DNA of 34,108 nucleotides, taken from Bacteroidales bacterium (lineage in GTDB: Bacteria; Bacteroidota; Bacteroidia; Bacteroidales; CAIWKO01). Location: contig DAOORA010000052.1 of the NCBI GenBank assembly GCA_035389045.1, positions 1 to 34,108 of the forward strand, given 5' to 3'. Positions 18,816-28,824 of this stretch are shown here, in pieces. The notes below the pieces were generated by a model, which searched no databases, was not told the origin of the DNA, and saw only the letters and a list, made by a program, of their open reading frames with translations. Each line of letters starts with the position of its first letter. The first letter of the stretch is position 1. The translations under genes were made by a program, and so were the position numbers.

Positions 18816-19154
18816 GGTTGGTTTTAATAAGCTACTCGCAAAACGCTATTAAATTATTTATTTTCAATATTTGATACCTTATGACAAATATAACAAGAAT
18901 TTCCGGCAATTTGAATAAAATATTTATAAATACATTTATTCATATCACATATAGAACGGGCTTATAACACACAATGAATTATGAAATTTTAACTCTCGGT
19001 CAAAAAAATAAATAGCATCAAGATAATCCGCAATTATTAATTCTTTTGTTTAGAAATTGTTTCTTAATGATGCAAAAATTATTACTGTGTGGATGCTGTT
19101 TTTCAGGGCTGTTTTCGGAGTAAATGAGTACCTTTGGGGAAAATCAGCAAAGAC

Positions 19155-21995
19155 ATGGATAAATTTAAGATTTTACTCACTTTTTTTTATATTTTATCTT
19201 CACTGGCAGCGTCTTCACAAATCCAGTTAAATGGAACCATAGATAGTTTTGATGAATTATGCAGGATCGAGACTCATGCCACTAAAATGGACGACAGCAC
19301 CATCCTGATGATGGATTTTTACATGCCGGTAACACAAGATTGCGTGGTTACGGTTGTTTTTATTCCTGGGATGGGTAACATCCCTATTCAGATAATTCCG
19401 CGCAATACCCAGTACCTGATCTACGATTCCACAGACAACCATTTAAATCCCAATCCGTATCAATTACCTCTGGTTTTCACCCGAACGCCTTACAATAAAA
19501 ACGGTGATGACCTGGGTCCTGTTATGGCTTTTTTGGGATATGTTTATGGAGCCCAGGATATGCGGGGTGCCTATTCATCTTCGGGAGTTTATTTCCCAAT
19601 GTACAGCGATAGCTGGAAAAAAAATGATTACATTCCGAATATTCATTATAATGTTGACATAACGGATCACGGCGATGCGCAGAACGCCAACCGGCATGAG
19701 GATGGTTATCAGACCTTGCAACGCCTGCTGAACAACACAAAAAGAATTTATGATTTCAACGGAGATATGCAGCAGGATACCTTCCTTATATCAAATGGTT
19801 CCATAGGGATGATTGGCGCCAGCGCACTGGGAAATTCGCAGTATACACTGGCAGCAGTACATCCCGTAAATTCATCGCAACCCGGATTGCAATCCATTAT
19901 GCCGCTGGTCTCATCAGCAGACCATTATTTGTATACATTGACGAATAACGGAGTTTACAGGCAGGCGCTGGTAGATAATTGGATAAGCGGGCAGTTCAAT
20001 TCATTAATAAACGACTCGCTTAACGGCATTGATAACAGTATCATGAACAACTTGCATAGTTCTACCGATTATGGATGCTCCAACAAAGCTGAGATAGCAA
20101 CCAAATCCATTGATTTCCTGCTTGATGAAGGCACAATTCCCGGATACTATCCCGACAGTCCGCTGCGTGCCTGCATGGACGTAAGTTATGCCCCTGTTGA
20201 TGTAAACGGAAATGCCGACAGCAACGGGACTTACTCAAGGTACAGGAACATGGATGTTCCGGCATATCATGTGAGCGGCTGGTGGGACATTTTTGTGGAT
20301 GGACAGATATACAGTTTTAATAAGATGAGGGAAGAATCCCTGGATCAGGATACCAGAAAACTGCAAAAGTTGATCATTGGCCCCTGGGCACATCAAACCG
20401 TCGGAAGCCTGACAACCGGCGATGTCACATACTATTCCAATGCCGATGATGTGCTGGGATTTGATATATCCAATTTTACATTTTCAATGAGTAATTCAAA
20501 TATCCTGAATGATATCATGAAATCGGAAATATTTAATTGGTTCAGATATACATTAAACAAAAACGGGGTGCCTGCTACTTCACTGCCCAAATTTATCATC
20601 CCTGAAAGTCATGCCTGGCAAAATATTGGTGTGGATCTGGATATAAGAGTGCCTTCCGAAAATTATATAATTCCATACACCAGTTTTATTCAGTATTTAG
20701 CCGGTCAGACAACCCTGGACAATGTAAAGATCGAGATTAAAACCGCCACCGACACTACACCTTATACGTATTCCTTCCCTGCACTCAATCCTCCAATACT
20801 CCCCATCAGTGATACGATAACAAGTACATCTGTAACGGACTTTATGCACGTCCCTGCCGTGCGTTTATATATGGTTGGTCCTGTAAACGATGGCGTTCCC
20901 GAAAATTCAAGCTGTGGCAACTACTGGATATCCTGCGACAGCTTTCCCATACATAACGGAATTCACAACATCAGTTTCTACCTGCATGCAGACAGTTCCA
21001 TAAATACACAACCTCCGTCAGCAAATGAAGGATATCTGACCTACCTTCACGACCCCGACCATCCTGTATTGACCGTGGGTGGCGCCAATATGACGATACA
21101 GACACCTCAGGGACCGCCCCGGAAAAGTCAGGGACAGATGAACCTGGCCAATCCATTATTTATAAATTACACCATGGATAATCCCGGCGTACTTAAGTTT
21201 ACCGGCGGCCTGATACAGGACTCGCTCTGTATTTTGGGATTCCCTACAGCAACTATTTATGCAAAATCGGATGTATCAGGAAACAACCTCACCGATGCTG
21301 ACTTTTTTATCCGTATATTAGATGTTTATCCCGACGGAAGGGAATTTTTCGTGGTGGAAGGTTGTGTAAATGCGAGAGCCCGGGAATACGTCAGGTCGCT
21401 ATATATCGATAATGAAAATATCAATGTACCCTATTCAAACATTAATTCAGGAACAATATATGAATATCAGCTCAAAATGATGCCTATAGGTTATGTATGG
21501 GGAAAAAATCACCGGATAAAAATATTGATCAGCAGCGGAAATTATCCTCGTTACCAATCCAACCCGGATTTGCCTATCATGGACCATGATTTTTTCAGGC
21601 GCAAACCGGGTGATGGAAAGAAATACAACTATGCCGGGAACCTGATGAGCCCGAGAATTGCCGTTCAAAGTATCTATTTTTCAACTGTTTATCCCAGCCA
21701 TATCGTTTTACCTGTCCTTGATTATATTCCTTCCGGCATAGATGAAAACAACAAACTTACTCAGGATTATTCCTGGAGTGTCTATCCCAATCCCTGTTCG
21801 GAATATGCTTTTATCAATTTACCTGATGAAGATGGTTTGGTACAGATTTTTTCGGCCAGCGGCCAATTGCTGGAAAAGAGAAATACCGACAGGTCGGTGG
21901 TATGGGATGTCAGCAAATACACTCCGGGCATATATATTATTAAATATCATTCAGAAAATCAGGCATTCAGCAGAAAAATTATCGTGACAAGGTAA
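19155..21995 (+). CDS. CocE/NonD (peptidase S15-like) alpha/beta hydrolase with a T9SS type A CTD; probable start MDKFK at 19155
   Basis: RTPYNK, QDMRGAYSSSG, EDGY, GMIGASALG (Ser), GWWDIF (Asp), IIGPWAH (His), HDPDHPVLTVGG, DFFIRILDVYPDG, HRI...ISSGNYPRY; CTD VYPNP...GIYIIK...KIIVTR. Confidence 0.9.
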   Translation: MDKFKILLTFFYILSSLAASSQIQLNGTIDSFDELCRIETHATKMDDSTILMMDFYMPVTQDCVVTVVFIPGMGNIPIQIIPRNTQYLIYDSTDNHLNPNPYQLPLVFTRTPYNKNGDDLGPVMAFLGYVYGAQDMRGAYSSSGVYFPMYSDSWKKNDYIPNIHYNVDITDHGDAQNANRHEDGYQTLQRLLNNTKRIYDFNGDMQQDTFLISNGSIGMIGASALGNSQYTLAAVHPVNSSQPGLQSIMPLVSSADHYLYTLTNNGVYRQALVDNWISGQFNSLINDSLNGIDNSIMNNLHSSTDYGCSNKAEIATKSIDFLLDEGTIPGYYPDSPLRACMDVSYAPVDVNGNADSNGTYSRYRNMDVPAYHVSGWWDIFVDGQIYSFNKMREESLDQDTRKLQKLIIGPWAHQTVGSLTTGDVTYYSNADDVLGFDISNFTFSMSNSNILNDIMKSEIFNWFRYTLNKNGVPATSLPKFIIPESHAWQNIGVDLDIRVPSENYIIPYTSFIQYLAGQTTLDNVKIEIKTATDTTPYTYSFPALNPPILPISDTITSTSVTDFMHVPAVRLYMVGPVNDGVPENSSCGNYWISCDSFPIHNGIHNISFYLHADSSINTQPPSANEGYLTYLHDPDHPVLTVGGANMTIQTPQGPPRKSQGQMNLANPLFINYTMDNPGVLKFTGGLIQDSLCILGFPTATIYAKSDVSGNNLTDADFFIRILDVYPDGREFFVVEGCVNARAREYVRSLYIDNENINVPYSNINSGTIYEYQLKMMPIGYVWGKNHRIKILISSGNYPRYQSNPDLPIMDHDFFRRKPGDGKKYNYAGNLMSPRIAVQSIYFSTVYPSHIVLPVLDYIPSGIDENNKLTQDYSWSVYPNPCSEYAFINLPDEDGLVQIFSASGQLLEKRNTDRSVVWDVSKYTPGIYIIKYHSENQAFSRKIIVTR

Positions 21996-22165
21996 TGGAT
22001 TCAGTATGAGAAAACATACCAATATCCCGTATTTCAATAATTTACTTTCATGATTTTGCCTGTACAGGCTTGAGGCTTTGCTAAGCGTTATCCACTAGCT
22101 TCCCGGCCATAACAGCAAAAACTATTCTTTAGAAATTGACTATGCTGTTCCACGTCACGAAAGAA

Positions 22166-23536
22166 TTACCATACAATTTTCTTCAGCCCGTGACTTCTTT
22201 TCACCCATCCGCGAAGCAACACATCAGCATCCGGAAAATACCGGGCTTTGGTAATATAACTTTTAAGTTCATCCGTATTACTCACAGAACAGGAATTGTC
22301 GATGTAGCCGTAACCGGAATAACGGCGTTTTTCAACAAGGATCACAGACCGTTCATCTTCAGTTCTTCCCTTGTCGATGATCGCAAAGTTTTCTTCGTCC
22401 GATAAATATTGTTTTAATATTTCATTGGCACGCAGGTTATATACATCGGCTTCTTCACGTCCGGCACAGATGCCATTACATTTTTTTATCTGATGATTAA
22501 AACAAACGGAATCCTTTGCCACCAGCCCGCAATGACTTATGCAGAGCGTGTATTCATCGATCCAGTATTCGAGCCTTTCCCTGGCAGAAACCAGGCTGGT
22601 AAAGGCTTGCAAAGGGTTTTCCGATTCCTGGTAAGGCACAATTTTAAAATTTATTGCACCCTTATCATCAACAAACCAGTCGATGGAATGGGTAAAAGTA
22701 TCGGCAACCCTGCTTCGATTGAATTTGGGCTTATGCTTTTTGATCTCCTCTGATTCAAGCAAAAGCGCGATGGCCTCGCTTCCGGTCAGAACAAAATCCA
22801 CATTATAAAGTTTATTCAGCATGTTCTTCCCTTTTTTTTCCTGTGTATTGAAATGACTGATAGCACGGTTATACATGTTCAGGCTTTTACCTATATAAAT
22901 TATGTTCTGATCTTTATCAAGAAAATAATATACGCCACATTCTTCGGGAAGTTTTTTAAGTATGTATTCCTTAATTTTATCTATTCGACGTGTCATAATA
23001 CCTTCGATACCGGTGTTTCTGTATTGCGGGTCTTGTGACTTGATCTGCATCAACAGATCGAATAAACGGGCTGTTGCCACTGCATCACCTTCGGCCCTGT
23101 GGCGGTTCTCAATATCAATACCCAAAGAGGCACATAAATGCCCCAGACTATACGATATCCTACCGGGCAAAAGTTTGCGTGCCAGGCGAACTGTACATAA
23201 TTTTTCCCGCTTGAACTTATATCCAAGCGATGCAAACTCTGCTTTAATAAAATTATAGTCAAAACTAACATTATGAGCTACAAAAATCCTGTTTTCGGTC
23301 ATTTCAAGAATTTTTGGAGCCACTTCGTAAAATTTGGGTGCAGCAGCCACCATTTCATCCGTGATACCTGAAATATTTCTGTAAAAATGACTTATATGAC
23401 ATTGCGGGTTGATCAGCGTGGTGAATTTATCCACCACCTGAAGCCCGTCGTGTACAAGAATACATATCTCTGTAATGGCGCCTTTACGGTATTCATAGGT
23501 GCCGCCACAAGTTTCAATATCTATTATAGCAAACAT
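22166..23536 (-). CDS. DEDDh 3'-5' exonuclease (DnaQ/epsilon-like) fused to a UvrC/Cho-like GIY-YIG nuclease
   Basis: ExoI IDIETCG, ExoII AHNVSFDY, ExoIII HRAEGDA; GVYYF...IYIGKS..R..HF GIY-YIG; Cys-rich CFNHQIKKCNGIC. Confidence 0.92.
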   Translation of the reverse strand: MFAIIDIETCGGTYEYRKGAITEICILVHDGLQVVDKFTTLINPQCHISHFYRNISGITDEMVAAAPKFYEVAPKILEMTENRIFVAHNVSFDYNFIKAEFASLGYKFKREKLCTVRLARKLLPGRISYSLGHLCASLGIDIENRHRAEGDAVATARLFDLLMQIKSQDPQYRNTGIEGIMTRRIDKIKEYILKKLPEECGVYYFLDKDQNIIYIGKSLNMYNRAISHFNTQEKKGKNMLNKLYNVDFVLTGSEAIALLLESEEIKKHKPKFNRSRVADTFTHSIDWFVDDKGAINFKIVPYQESENPLQAFTSLVSARERLEYWIDEYTLCISHCGLVAKDSVCFNHQIKKCNGICAGREEADVYNLRANEILKQYLSDEENFAIIDKGRTEDERSVILVEKRRYSGYGYIDNSCSVSNTDELKSYITKARYFPDADVLLRGWVKRSHGLKKIVW

Positions 23537-23544
23537 CGCCGGGA

Positions 23545-24315
23545 TTATTTATGTTGATTTTTCTTTAATTGTTCCAGCTCTACTTTCATGCTGAGCAGGA
23601 GTTTCATCATATGCTCCATATTGATTTCGTCTTCTTTTTTATCGGAAACTTTCAGACAACAGACAAATTCCCATAGTTCCAAGATATCCTGAACATCAAC
23701 TTTATAAGAATTATATAATTTATTATCTGAATGTAATTCAAATGTATTATCATTCGTTTTATAAACCCGTTTATAAATTACACCATCTTCTTTCGTAAGT
23801 ATAATATACGTTCTACCATTGGTAATCTCTTTTAATGATTCAACATATTTCCCCACCACGAAATCACCCGTGGCCAGCGGGGGCATTGAATCGCCCCTGA
23901 CCGGAAATGCGCGGTGTTTGCCGGTAACTTTAAAGGGTAATTCCATAAAGGGCATTTTCCCTATGTATTCAGGATCGGCATAACCATTCAGGTACCCTGC
24001 AGAGGCTTTTGCTGACACCACTTCAATACGGTCATTGTTATCCTTATCCAGTACAACAGGAAAAAGCATACGGTTCTCCCCTATATTCATTATGGAACCG
24101 ATATCTGTCTTTCGTAAATCGGCTTTGATTAGGGCGTCGACAGAAATATGGAAATACTCCGACAGCCTGATAAGCATTTCGATGGGTGGCTCATTCCGTG
24201 CCTCTTCATAAGCGCCAAGACGGGCACGGGTAATTTTCAGTTCCTCGGCAAGACTTTCCTGCGAGAGTTTTTTTAACTCCCTCAGATGCCTGATGTTAAA
24301 TGAAATTTTACTCAT
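23545..24315 (-). CDS. LexA-like repressor (XRE HTH plus S24 peptidase), Bacteroidota non-canonical SOS regulator type
   Basis: HTH_3 LSQESLAEELKITRARLGAYEEARNEP; Ala-Gly site ASAGY; catalytic Ser GDSM and Lys YKRV; divergent from dinB. Confidence 0.9.
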   Translation of the reverse strand: MSKISFNIRHLRELKKLSQESLAEELKITRARLGAYEEARNEPPIEMLIRLSEYFHISVDALIKADLRKTDIGSIMNIGENRMLFPVVLDKDNNDRIEVVSAKASAGYLNGYADPEYIGKMPFMELPFKVTGKHRAFPVRGDSMPPLATGDFVVGKYVESLKEITNGRTYIILTKEDGVIYKRVYKTNDNTFELHSDNKLYNSYKVDVQDILELWEFVCCLKVSDKKEDEINMEHMMKLLLSMKVELEQLKKNQHK

Positions 24316-24361
24316 TACTACATTTTATAGCACAAATATACTATATTTTGTAGTAACTTTG
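24316..24361. promoter_or_regulatory. Two TACTA-N7-TAGYA operators over divergent -7 promoters
   Basis: TACTAcattttaTAGCA 24316-24332 and TACTAtattttgTAGTA 24339-24355; minus-strand TATATTTG at 24333-24340; plus-strand TAACTTTG at 24354-24361. Confidence 0.8.
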
Positions 24362-24384
24362 CAAGTATAATAAAAAAATTTTTT

Positions 24385-25545
24385 ATGGACCGGCGAATCG
24401 TACATCTTGACCTGGACACCTTTTTCGTATCGGTGGAGCGGCTCATGGACAGCAGGCTTAAGGGTAAGCCCGTCATCATTGCCGGTTCTTCCGACCGCAG
24501 TGTGGTATCATCATGCAGCTACGAAGCACGGACTTTCGGAGTACATTCGGCCATGCCCGTAAAGCTGGCTAAACAAATCTGTCCACAGGCTTTTTATGTA
24601 AAAGGCGATATGGAAAACTATTCCAGATACTCTGAAATAGTTACCGATATTATCAGAGACAAATCGCCGCTGTTTGAAAAAGCCTCCATAGACGAACACT
24701 ATGTTGACATTACCGGCATGGACCGTTATATAAAAAACAGCTTGTTATGGACTCATGAATTACGCGAAACCATTACCAGGGAAACAGGCCTGCCCATTTC
24801 TTTCGGATTGTCAATAAACAAAACAGTTTCTAAAGTAGCTACCGGAGAAGCAAAACCCAGTGGTGAAAAGCAGGTGGATCCGGGTATTGAAAAGCTTTTT
24901 CTCGCACCTTTATCTATTAAAAAAATTCCGGGTATCGGGGGAAAAACATTCACGGTACTTAGAAACATGGGCATAGAAAAAGTGAATACAATACAGCAGA
25001 TGCCCCCTCTGATAATGCAGCGGGTATTGGGTGAAAACGGGCAGCTCATATGGAAAAAGGCCAACGGGATAGACAACAGCCCTGTAGTACCCTGGTCTGA
25101 ACAAAAAAGCATGAGCCATGAAACTACTTTTGACAGGGATACCACAGATATTGAACAACTAAAGCGCATACTGATAAAAATGGTGGAGAAACTGGCTTAT
25201 GAATTGAGATGTTCAAAAAAAGTCACCGGCTGTATCACGCTGAAATTAAGATATTCTGATTTTCAGACTCATACGTTTCAATGCAGGATACCCTACACCG
25301 CTTCCGATAGCGTTCTTCTCACGAAAGTATTGGAGCTATTTAAAAAGAATTATTCAAGGCGCGTACTGATAAGGCTTATCGGAGTCCGCCTGAGCAACCT
25401 GGTACCTGGTTTCTCGCAAATTAACATGTACGAAGACACCGAAGAAATGATCAACCTGTACCAGTCGCTTGACAGGATTCGCAACCGTTATGGATTTAAA
25501 TCTATCATGCGCTGTATAAACATGACCAACCGGCATGATAATTAA
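24385..25545 (+). CDS. dinB: Y-family DNA polymerase (DinB/Pol IV-like)
   Basis: HLDLDTFFVSVE, SYEARTFGVHSAMP, ASIDEHYVD, SKVAT..AKP.G, IPGIG; little-finger KSMSHETTF...LKLRY.DF...RLIGV. Confidence 0.95.
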   Translation: MDRRIVHLDLDTFFVSVERLMDSRLKGKPVIIAGSSDRSVVSSCSYEARTFGVHSAMPVKLAKQICPQAFYVKGDMENYSRYSEIVTDIIRDKSPLFEKASIDEHYVDITGMDRYIKNSLLWTHELRETITRETGLPISFGLSINKTVSKVATGEAKPSGEKQVDPGIEKLFLAPLSIKKIPGIGGKTFTVLRNMGIEKVNTIQQMPPLIMQRVLGENGQLIWKKANGIDNSPVVPWSEQKSMSHETTFDRDTTDIEQLKRILIKMVEKLAYELRCSKKVTGCITLKLRYSDFQTHTFQCRIPYTASDSVLLTKVLELFKKNYSRRVLIRLIGVRLSNLVPGFSQINMYEDTEEMINLYQSLDRIRNRYGFKSIMRCINMTNRHDN

Positions 25546-28477
25546 TGCACATTCATATTACAGCCTGCGTTACGGGGTGATCCCCATCGAAGACCTCGTA
25601 AAATCAGCTAAAGCTAACGGCTATGATGCGCTGGCTATAACTGATATTAATAATTCTTCAGGCGTACTGGAATTTGTTAAAATATGTACAGAAAATAAAA
25701 TCAAACCAATTGCAGGAATGGAATTCCGGATAGATAATGAATTGTTATATATCATTCTGGCTCAAAATAATGAAGGATTCAGAGAAATCAATGAACTGAT
25801 GACCGGGTGTAACCTGTACAAAAGAAATCCGTCGGTACGGCCTGTTTTAGCCCACTGCTTTGTCATTTATCCCGGTGGTAATATCAGTGCCGGTGGTCTC
25901 AGGGAAAACGAATTTATTGGAGTCCGGTCATCACAACTCATAAGACTGGCTCATGAAATAAAAACGTTTCCGCAGAAATTTGTTATCCTGCACCCTGTAA
26001 CCTATCTTGATTTTAATGGATACGAAACGCATAAAAAACTCCGTGCCGTAGATCATAACATTTTATTATCCCAACTCAAACAGTCGCAAACAGCAGGGAC
26101 AGATGAATACCTTATTCCGCAAAAGCAACTGTTACAGAAATACGAAGATTTCCCGCAACTTGTAAAAAACACAGAAAAGCTGCTGGATGAGTGCAATTTC
26201 AACTTTGATTTTGCAAGCATAAAAAACAAAAAAAATTATACCGGCAGTATATATGACGATAAACTGCTTCTCGAAAAACTTGCTTTTGACGGAGTTGCAT
26301 ACCGGTATGGAACGAAAAACAACACGGCTACGGAACGTGTTAAAAAAGAACTTGAGATCATTGATAAACTGGGTTTTTCAGCCTACTTCCTCATAGCGGC
26401 CGACATTATACGTTATTCGATGCATCAGGGATATTATCATGTGGGCAGAGGCAGCGGAGCCAACAGCGTTGTGGCATACTGCCTGCGTATTACTGATGTC
26501 TGCCCGATAGAACTGAACCTGTATTTTGAACGTTTTCTGAATCCCAAACGGAAATCCCCTCCTGACTTTGACATTGATTACTGCTGGAAAGAACGCGACG
26601 ACGTGATAGATTATATATTTAAACGGTATGGGAAAAAAAATACAGCGTTGCTGGGCGCCATGTCAACATTTAAAGATTCTTCAATAATAAGGGAACTGGG
26701 AAAAGTTTACGGATTGCCTAAGGAAGATATCGACCGGTTGATCAGATTTCCTGATTCTCCGCTGAACAAAAATGAACTTTGCCGGGATATTCTAAACCAT
26801 TACAATTCCATAAAGGATTTTCCTAATCTTCGCACCATTCATGCAGGCGGAATACTGATCTCGGAAGAGCCTCTAACCTGCTATACCTCGCTCGACCTGC
26901 CACCCAAGGGTTTCCCGACCACACAATTTGATATGTACCTGGCTGAGGAAATAGGATTTGAGAAACTGGATATTCTCAGCCAGCGAGGCATAGGGCATAT
27001 CAAAGATGCCGCCGGAATTATTTACCAAAACCGAGGAATAAAGGTGGACGTACATGAAGTACAAAAATTCAAAGCGGATGAAAATGTCCGCAGACAACTC
27101 AAATCAGGTGACACTATCGGTTGTTTTTATATCGAAAGTCCTGCCATGCGCGGTTTGCTAAAAAAATTACACTGTGACACTTACCTTACGCTGGTGGCTG
27201 CAAGTTCCATTATCCGGCCCGGTGTGGCACGCAGCGGAATGATGAAAGAGTTCGTATACCGCTTTCATAACCCGGGAAAATTCAGATACCTGCATCCGGT
27301 GATGGAAGATCAGCTGAAAGAAACTTTTGGTGTAATGGTGTACCAGGAAGATGTGCTGAAAGTGGGACATCATTTTGGCGGGCTTGATCTTGCTGATGCC
27401 GATGTGCTGCGCCGGATGATGAGTGGTAAATCCCGGAATAAAAAACATCTGCTGGAAATCGAAAACAAATTCTTTGATCATTGCAGAACTATGCAATATC
27501 CCGATAAAATCAGCAAAGAAGTCTGGCGGCAGATTGAATCTTTTGCCGGGTACAGTTTCAGTAAAGCACACTCTGCAAGCTATGCCGTGGAAAGTTTTCA
27601 GAGCCTGTACCTCAAAACATATTTCCCTCTTGAATTCATGGTGGCCGTTATCAACAATTTCGGAGGATACTATTCAACATGGGTATACATCAATGAAGCG
27701 CGGAAAGCCGGCGGAAAGATCATGCTGCCGTGTGTGAACAAAAGTACTTATTATACAACACTTTACGATAAAGATGTTTATCTCGGATTTGTTCATATCA
27801 GATCCCTTGAAACTAACCTGGCACAAACTATTGTCAGGGAGCGCGAAAGTAATGGCCAATATCTGGATCTTGAAGACTTTATTGTCAGAACAGCCATAAG
27901 TATGGAAGCGATTCGCATACTTATCCGGACAGATGCTTTGAGGTTTACGGGTATGAACAAAAGGCAACTGCTCTGGAAAGCCGTTTTGCTCTTCGATAAG
28001 GGTAAGTCAAAAGAACACAATAACCCACCTGCTTTTTTCACAGTTAAACTGCCCGAATGGGAAATGCCTGAACTGGTTCATAACAATATAGAAGATACAT
28101 ACGATGAAATAGAGCTCCTTGAATTTCCTGTAAGCTGTTCGGCATTTGACCTGCTTAAAACCTCATATCGCGGCGATTGTATGGCAAGAGACCTGATGCA
28201 TCACGTAAATAAAAAAGTAAAGATGGTGGGCAATTATGTTACCCATAAATGGGTTTATACCATAAAAGGCGAAACAATGGCCTTCGGAACTTTCCTTGAT
28301 GAAGAAGGCAATTTTTTCGATACCACTCACTTTCCACAATGCCTTAAAACCTATGCTTTTGGTGGAAAAGGCGTATATCTTATCCTGGGCAAAGTAGTGG
28401 AAGATTATGGCTTCCCAGGCATAGAAGTGGAGAAAATGGCCAAACTGCCGATACATCCCGATCCGAGGGTTGAATAA
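25535..28477 (+). CDS. dnaE2: C-family DNA polymerase III alpha, DnaE2-type (error-prone)
   Basis: PHP HSYYSL...AITDIN; GRGSGANS, FERFLN, PDFDID, HAGG, KLDIL, YQED, YSFSKAHS; C-terminal OB fold. Short (980 aa) and overlaps dinB by 11 bp. Confidence 0.9.
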   Translation: MIINAHSYYSLRYGVIPIEDLVKSAKANGYDALAITDINNSSGVLEFVKICTENKIKPIAGMEFRIDNELLYIILAQNNEGFREINELMTGCNLYKRNPSVRPVLAHCFVIYPGGNISAGGLRENEFIGVRSSQLIRLAHEIKTFPQKFVILHPVTYLDFNGYETHKKLRAVDHNILLSQLKQSQTAGTDEYLIPQKQLLQKYEDFPQLVKNTEKLLDECNFNFDFASIKNKKNYTGSIYDDKLLLEKLAFDGVAYRYGTKNNTATERVKKELEIIDKLGFSAYFLIAADIIRYSMHQGYYHVGRGSGANSVVAYCLRITDVCPIELNLYFERFLNPKRKSPPDFDIDYCWKERDDVIDYIFKRYGKKNTALLGAMSTFKDSSIIRELGKVYGLPKEDIDRLIRFPDSPLNKNELCRDILNHYNSIKDFPNLRTIHAGGILISEEPLTCYTSLDLPPKGFPTTQFDMYLAEEIGFEKLDILSQRGIGHIKDAAGIIYQNRGIKVDVHEVQKFKADENVRRQLKSGDTIGCFYIESPAMRGLLKKLHCDTYLTLVAASSIIRPGVARSGMMKEFVYRFHNPGKFRYLHPVMEDQLKETFGVMVYQEDVLKVGHHFGGLDLADADVLRRMMSGKSRNKKHLLEIENKFFDHCRTMQYPDKISKEVWRQIESFAGYSFSKAHSASYAVESFQSLYLKTYFPLEFMVAVINNFGGYYSTWVYINEARKAGGKIMLPCVNKSTYYTTLYDKDVYLGFVHIRSLETNLAQTIVRERESNGQYLDLEDFIVRTAISMEAIRILIRTDALRFTGMNKRQLLWKAVLLFDKGKSKEHNNPPAFFTVKLPEWEMPELVHNNIEDTYDEIELLEFPVSCSAFDLLKTSYRGDCMARDLMHHVNKKVKMVGNYVTHKWVYTIKGETMAFGTFLDEEGNFFDTTHFPQCLKTYAFGGKGVYLILGKVVEDYGFPGIEVEKMAKLPIHPDPRVE

Positions 28478-28824
28478 TTACGATATCAGATATCTGCCCG
28501 ACCAAATACTGTTCACCATATTTTTCTCACCTTTAGAAACTGTTTTGATTTTATGTTACATAAGATTTATGATGGATTTTTTAGCGAAACGAGGCAGATT
28601 TTGCAGACATAGTTTATCCTATGTCGAAAAATCTAACGATTTGCAGCAAAAAAGACGCATAAAGATATGAAAAGATAAAATCAAAACAATTTCTTAGCGT
28701 ATTATAACAGTTAACGAAATTAACTTCTCATGTTTTGTAAGATAAAATAAATATTGTGTTTTTGTAAACAACTATTGAATAACTTCGTATAAATGATTTT
28801 AATTTAAAACAATATCAATTTATC

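Noticed and set aside
19134..19154. TTG start for the hydrolase
   Set aside because: ATG at 19155 gives a normal signal peptide (MDKFKILLTFFYILSSLAASS).
22058..22069. GCCTGTACAGGC palindrome between convergent genes as a terminator
   Set aside because: The stem is short and there is no convincing U-tract on either strand.
28470..28670. 66-aa ORF after dnaE2
   Set aside because: Non-ATG start in AT-rich intergenic DNA with no recognisable features.
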